A stretch of 64,000 nucleotides of DNA, taken from Gallionellaceae bacterium (GTDB taxonomy: Bacteria; Pseudomonadota; Gammaproteobacteria; Burkholderiales; Gallionellaceae). How positions within the stretch are numbered: position 1 is the first letter of the stretch; each line of letters starts with the position of its first letter. The stretch covers positions 9,690 to 73,689 of the forward strand of contig VBWD01000001.1 of the NCBI GenBank assembly GCA_006218055.1. The letters are read 5' to 3'. The position numbers and the translations under genes are program-made. Below the pieces are notes generated by a model, which saw only the letters and a program-made list of their open reading frames with translations, was not told the origin of the DNA and ran no database searches. Positions 61,715-64,000 of the stretch are shown in pieces.

Positions 61715-63523
61715 ATGTCTGAACCGACGTTCGATCCCAAACCCTTACTTGCGAGCCTGCCTTTGCAGCCCGGGGTGTATCGCATGTTGGATGAAGCGGG
61801 GCAGGTGCTGTACGTCGGCAAGGCGAATCAACTCAAAAAACGCGTCAGTTCCTATTTTCAGATAAGCAATCTGTCGCCGCGTATCAGGCTGATGGTGTCA
61901 CATATCGCGCGTATCGAAGTCACGGTGACGCGCTCGGAAGCGGAAGCGCTGCTGCTGGAGAACAATCTCATCAAGACGCTCAAGCCGCGCTACAACATCC
62001 TGTTCCGCGACGACAAGTCTTACCCCTACATCGTGCTCACCGGCAGTCCGTCGCCGCGTCTGACCTATTATCGTGGAGCGACCGATAAGTGCCATCAATA
62101 CTTCGGACCGTACCCCAATGCGCAAGCGGCGAAGGAGAGCATCAATCTTTTGCAGAAGGTCTTTCTTCTGCGTACTTGCGAAGAAGCGGTGTTCAACAAT
62201 CGCACGCGCCCTTGCCTGTTACATCAGATCCATCGTTGCAGCGCTCCCTGTGTCGGCATCATCAGCGCCGAGGATTACGCCACCGATGTGCGCAATGCGG
62301 GATTGTTGTTGCAGGGCAAGCATGATGAGGTAGAGAAGCGTCTGCGCATGGCGATGGAGCAAGCGGCCGAGACACTGCACTTTGAGAAGGCAGCTGCCTT
62401 GCGCGACCAGTTGCAAGCCCTGCATGCAGTGCAGGAAAAGCAGTTCGTGGAGAGCGGGCGCGATACCGATGCGGACATCGTAGCCGTCGTTGAGGCCGAA
62501 GGGGCGCTGTGTCTGAATCTCGCAGTGGTGCGTGGTGGACGTCATTTGGGTGACAAACAGTTCTTCCCTGCCAACGTGCAAGGCCAGGATAGCGTCGAGG
62601 TATTGGAAGCGTTCCTGGCACAGCATTATTTGGAACGCAGTGTGCCCCCCTTGATTATCACCAGTATCGAAGTGATCGACGAGGCGCTAGAACAACTCTT
62701 GACGGAGCAGGCGGGGCACAAGGTGCAGATACGTCACGCCGTCACGGGGGAGCGTCGCCAGTGGTTGGACATGGCGCAATCCAATGCCTTGTTGGCGCTG
62801 CAAAGACAGGCAGGATTGGAGGCGGGGCAGTCATTGCGAATGGATGCGTTGCGTGAGGTGTTGGCTTTGCCCGACTTGAAGCGCATCGAGTGTTTCGACA
62901 TCAGCCACACGATGGGCGAGGCCACGGTTGCATCCTGTGTGGTGTATGACGATCTCGCTATCCGTCCACAAGAATATCGTCGCTTCAACATCAGTGGCAT
63001 CACCCCGGGGGATGATTACGCGGCCATGCGCCAAGCGTTGACTCGCCGCTATCAAAAATTGCAAACGGGAGAGGGGAAACGTCCCGACCTGATCTTGATC
63101 GACGGTGGTGCGGGGCAGCTTGGTATCGCAGTAGAAGTGATGCAAAAGCTTGGGCTGTCAGACATCAGTCTTGTAGGTGTCGCCAAAGGCGTAGAACGCA
63201 AAGCAGGTATGGAGCAATTAATACGACCCGGTATAGAAATATCGTTACAATTGCCACCGGACAGTCCGTCCCTGCATTTGATCCAACAAGTACGTGATGA
63301 GGCCCACCGCTTCGCTATTAGCGGGCATCGGGCGCGACGCGGTAAGGTCCGTGTTACATCCAGTTTGGAAGACATCGAAGGCGTGGGTGAGAAGCGACGC
63401 CGTAATCTGTTGACCCACTTTGGAGGTTTGAAAGGTGTGCAACAAGCCAGTGTGGACGAGCTGGCGCGGGTGGAGGGTATCAGCCCCGCATTAGCCGAAA
63501 GAATCTATCAGAGCTTACATTGA
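61715..63523 (+). CDS. uvrC: Excinuclease ABC subunit C
   Basis: [46 protein letters not shown], HhH. Confidence 0.98.
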   Translation: MSEPTFDPKPLLASLPLQPGVYRMLDEAGQVLYVGKANQLKKRVSSYFQISNLSPRIRLMVSHIARIEVTVTRSEAEALLLENNLIKTLKPRYNILFRDDKSYPYIVLTGSPSPRLTYYRGATDKCHQYFGPYPNAQAAKESINLLQKVFLLRTCEEAVFNNRTRPCLLHQIHRCSAPCVGIISAEDYATDVRNAGLLLQGKHDEVEKRLRMAMEQAAETLHFEKAAALRDQLQALHAVQEKQFVESGRDTDADIVAVVEAEGALCLNLAVVRGGRHLGDKQFFPANVQGQDSVEVLEAFLAQHYLERSVPPLIITSIEVIDEALEQLLTEQAGHKVQIRHAVTGERRQWLDMAQSNALLALQRQAGLEAGQSLRMDALREVLALPDLKRIECFDISHTMGEATVASCVVYDDLAIRPQEYRRFNISGITPGDDYAAMRQALTRRYQKLQTGEGKRPDLILIDGGAGQLGIAVEVMQKLGLSDISLVGVAKGVERKAGMEQLIRPGIEISLQLPPDSPSLHLIQQVRDEAHRFAISGHRARRGKVRVTSSLEDIEGVGEKRRRNLLTHFGGLKGVQQASVDELARVEGISPALAERIYQSLH

Positions 63524-63524
63524 C

Positions 63525-64000
63525 ATGCCTATAAACATCCCGAATCTACTGACTTGGCTGCGTATCTTATTGATACCGGTCTTCATCGCCGTCTTCTATG
63601 TCTCAGATGAGACATTGAGTCTGCATCACAAACACATGTTGAGTTTTGCCATCTTCTGGTTCGCCTCGATCACAGATTGGCTAGATGGATATCTGGCGCG
63701 AGTTTTGAATCAAGGTTCTGCTTTCGGCGCCTTCCTCGATCCGGTCGCAGACAAGTTGATGGTCGTCGCTGCGCTGGTCATCCTGTTGAACCTCGGCTAT
63801 GTGGATGCCATCATCGCCTTCATCATCATCGGACGTGAGCTGACGATTTCAGCCTTGCGTGAGTGGATGGCACAGTTGGGTGGGAGCAAGAGCGTGGCGG
63901 TATCGATGATCGGCAAAGTGAAGACCGTATTTCAGATGTTGGCTATCCAATTTCTCTTGTTCCATGAGCCTCTATTTGGCATCTCAACCCAATGGGTCGG
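63525..64000 (+). CDS. pgsA: CDP-diacylglycerol-glycerol-3-phosphate 3-phosphatidyltransferase (3' truncated)
   Basis: Translated by hand: MPINIPNLLTWLRILLIP...TDWLDGYLAR...FGAFLDPVADKLMV...GRELTISALREWMA; usual uvrC-pgsA order. Confidence 0.95.
   Translation, partial: MPINIPNLLTWLRILLIPVFIAVFYVSDETLSLHHKHMLSFAIFWFASITDWLDGYLARVLNQGSAFGAFLDPVADKLMVVAALVILLNLGYVDAIIAFIIIGRELTISALREWMAQLGGSKSVAVSMIGKVKTVFQMLAIQFLLFHEPLFGISTQWV

Overview
Betaproteobacterial chromosomal segment; gene content and order suggest Nitrosomonadales, possibly Gallionellaceae (inference). 1-15 kb is a signalling block: a partial ANTAR gene, a chemosensory operon (McpA-like receptor, cheY, cheA, cheW, a hybrid Aer/Aer2 dual-PAS receptor, cheR, cheD, cheB), a degraded STAS remnant, a CheB-CheR-PAS fusion and a PAS-GGDEF-EAL gene. 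The rest is mostly housekeeping: parA plus a cNMP-domain gene, hpnCDE, prmB, dapE/dapD/dapC, pilU, purT, zapE, queF, smc, guaBA, copA, an mtnP-ald2-apt-mtnA (DHAP-shunt-type) cluster interrupted by mqsRA, the rimP-nusA-infB-rbfA-truB-rpsO-pnp operon, a UDG-family gene, uvrC and partial pgsA. No rRNA, tRNA, CRISPR array or transposase was seen. Best signals: (1) two families of small palindromic repeats, boxC-like (7 loci, 3 inserted in frame in hpnE, dapC and mtnA) and RPE1-like MITEs (3 loci, one apparently domesticated as the pilU ribosome-binding site); (2) an 827-aa tail-anchored protein with 41 uninterrupted 14-residue repeats; (3) a FAD-PAS plus heme-PAS hybrid chemoreceptor; (4) a P2-less CheA with YGFFD repeats; (5) short deletions in pnp and at the rimP start, possibly assembly artefacts. 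All calls come from reading the sequence and ORF track; no searches were run.
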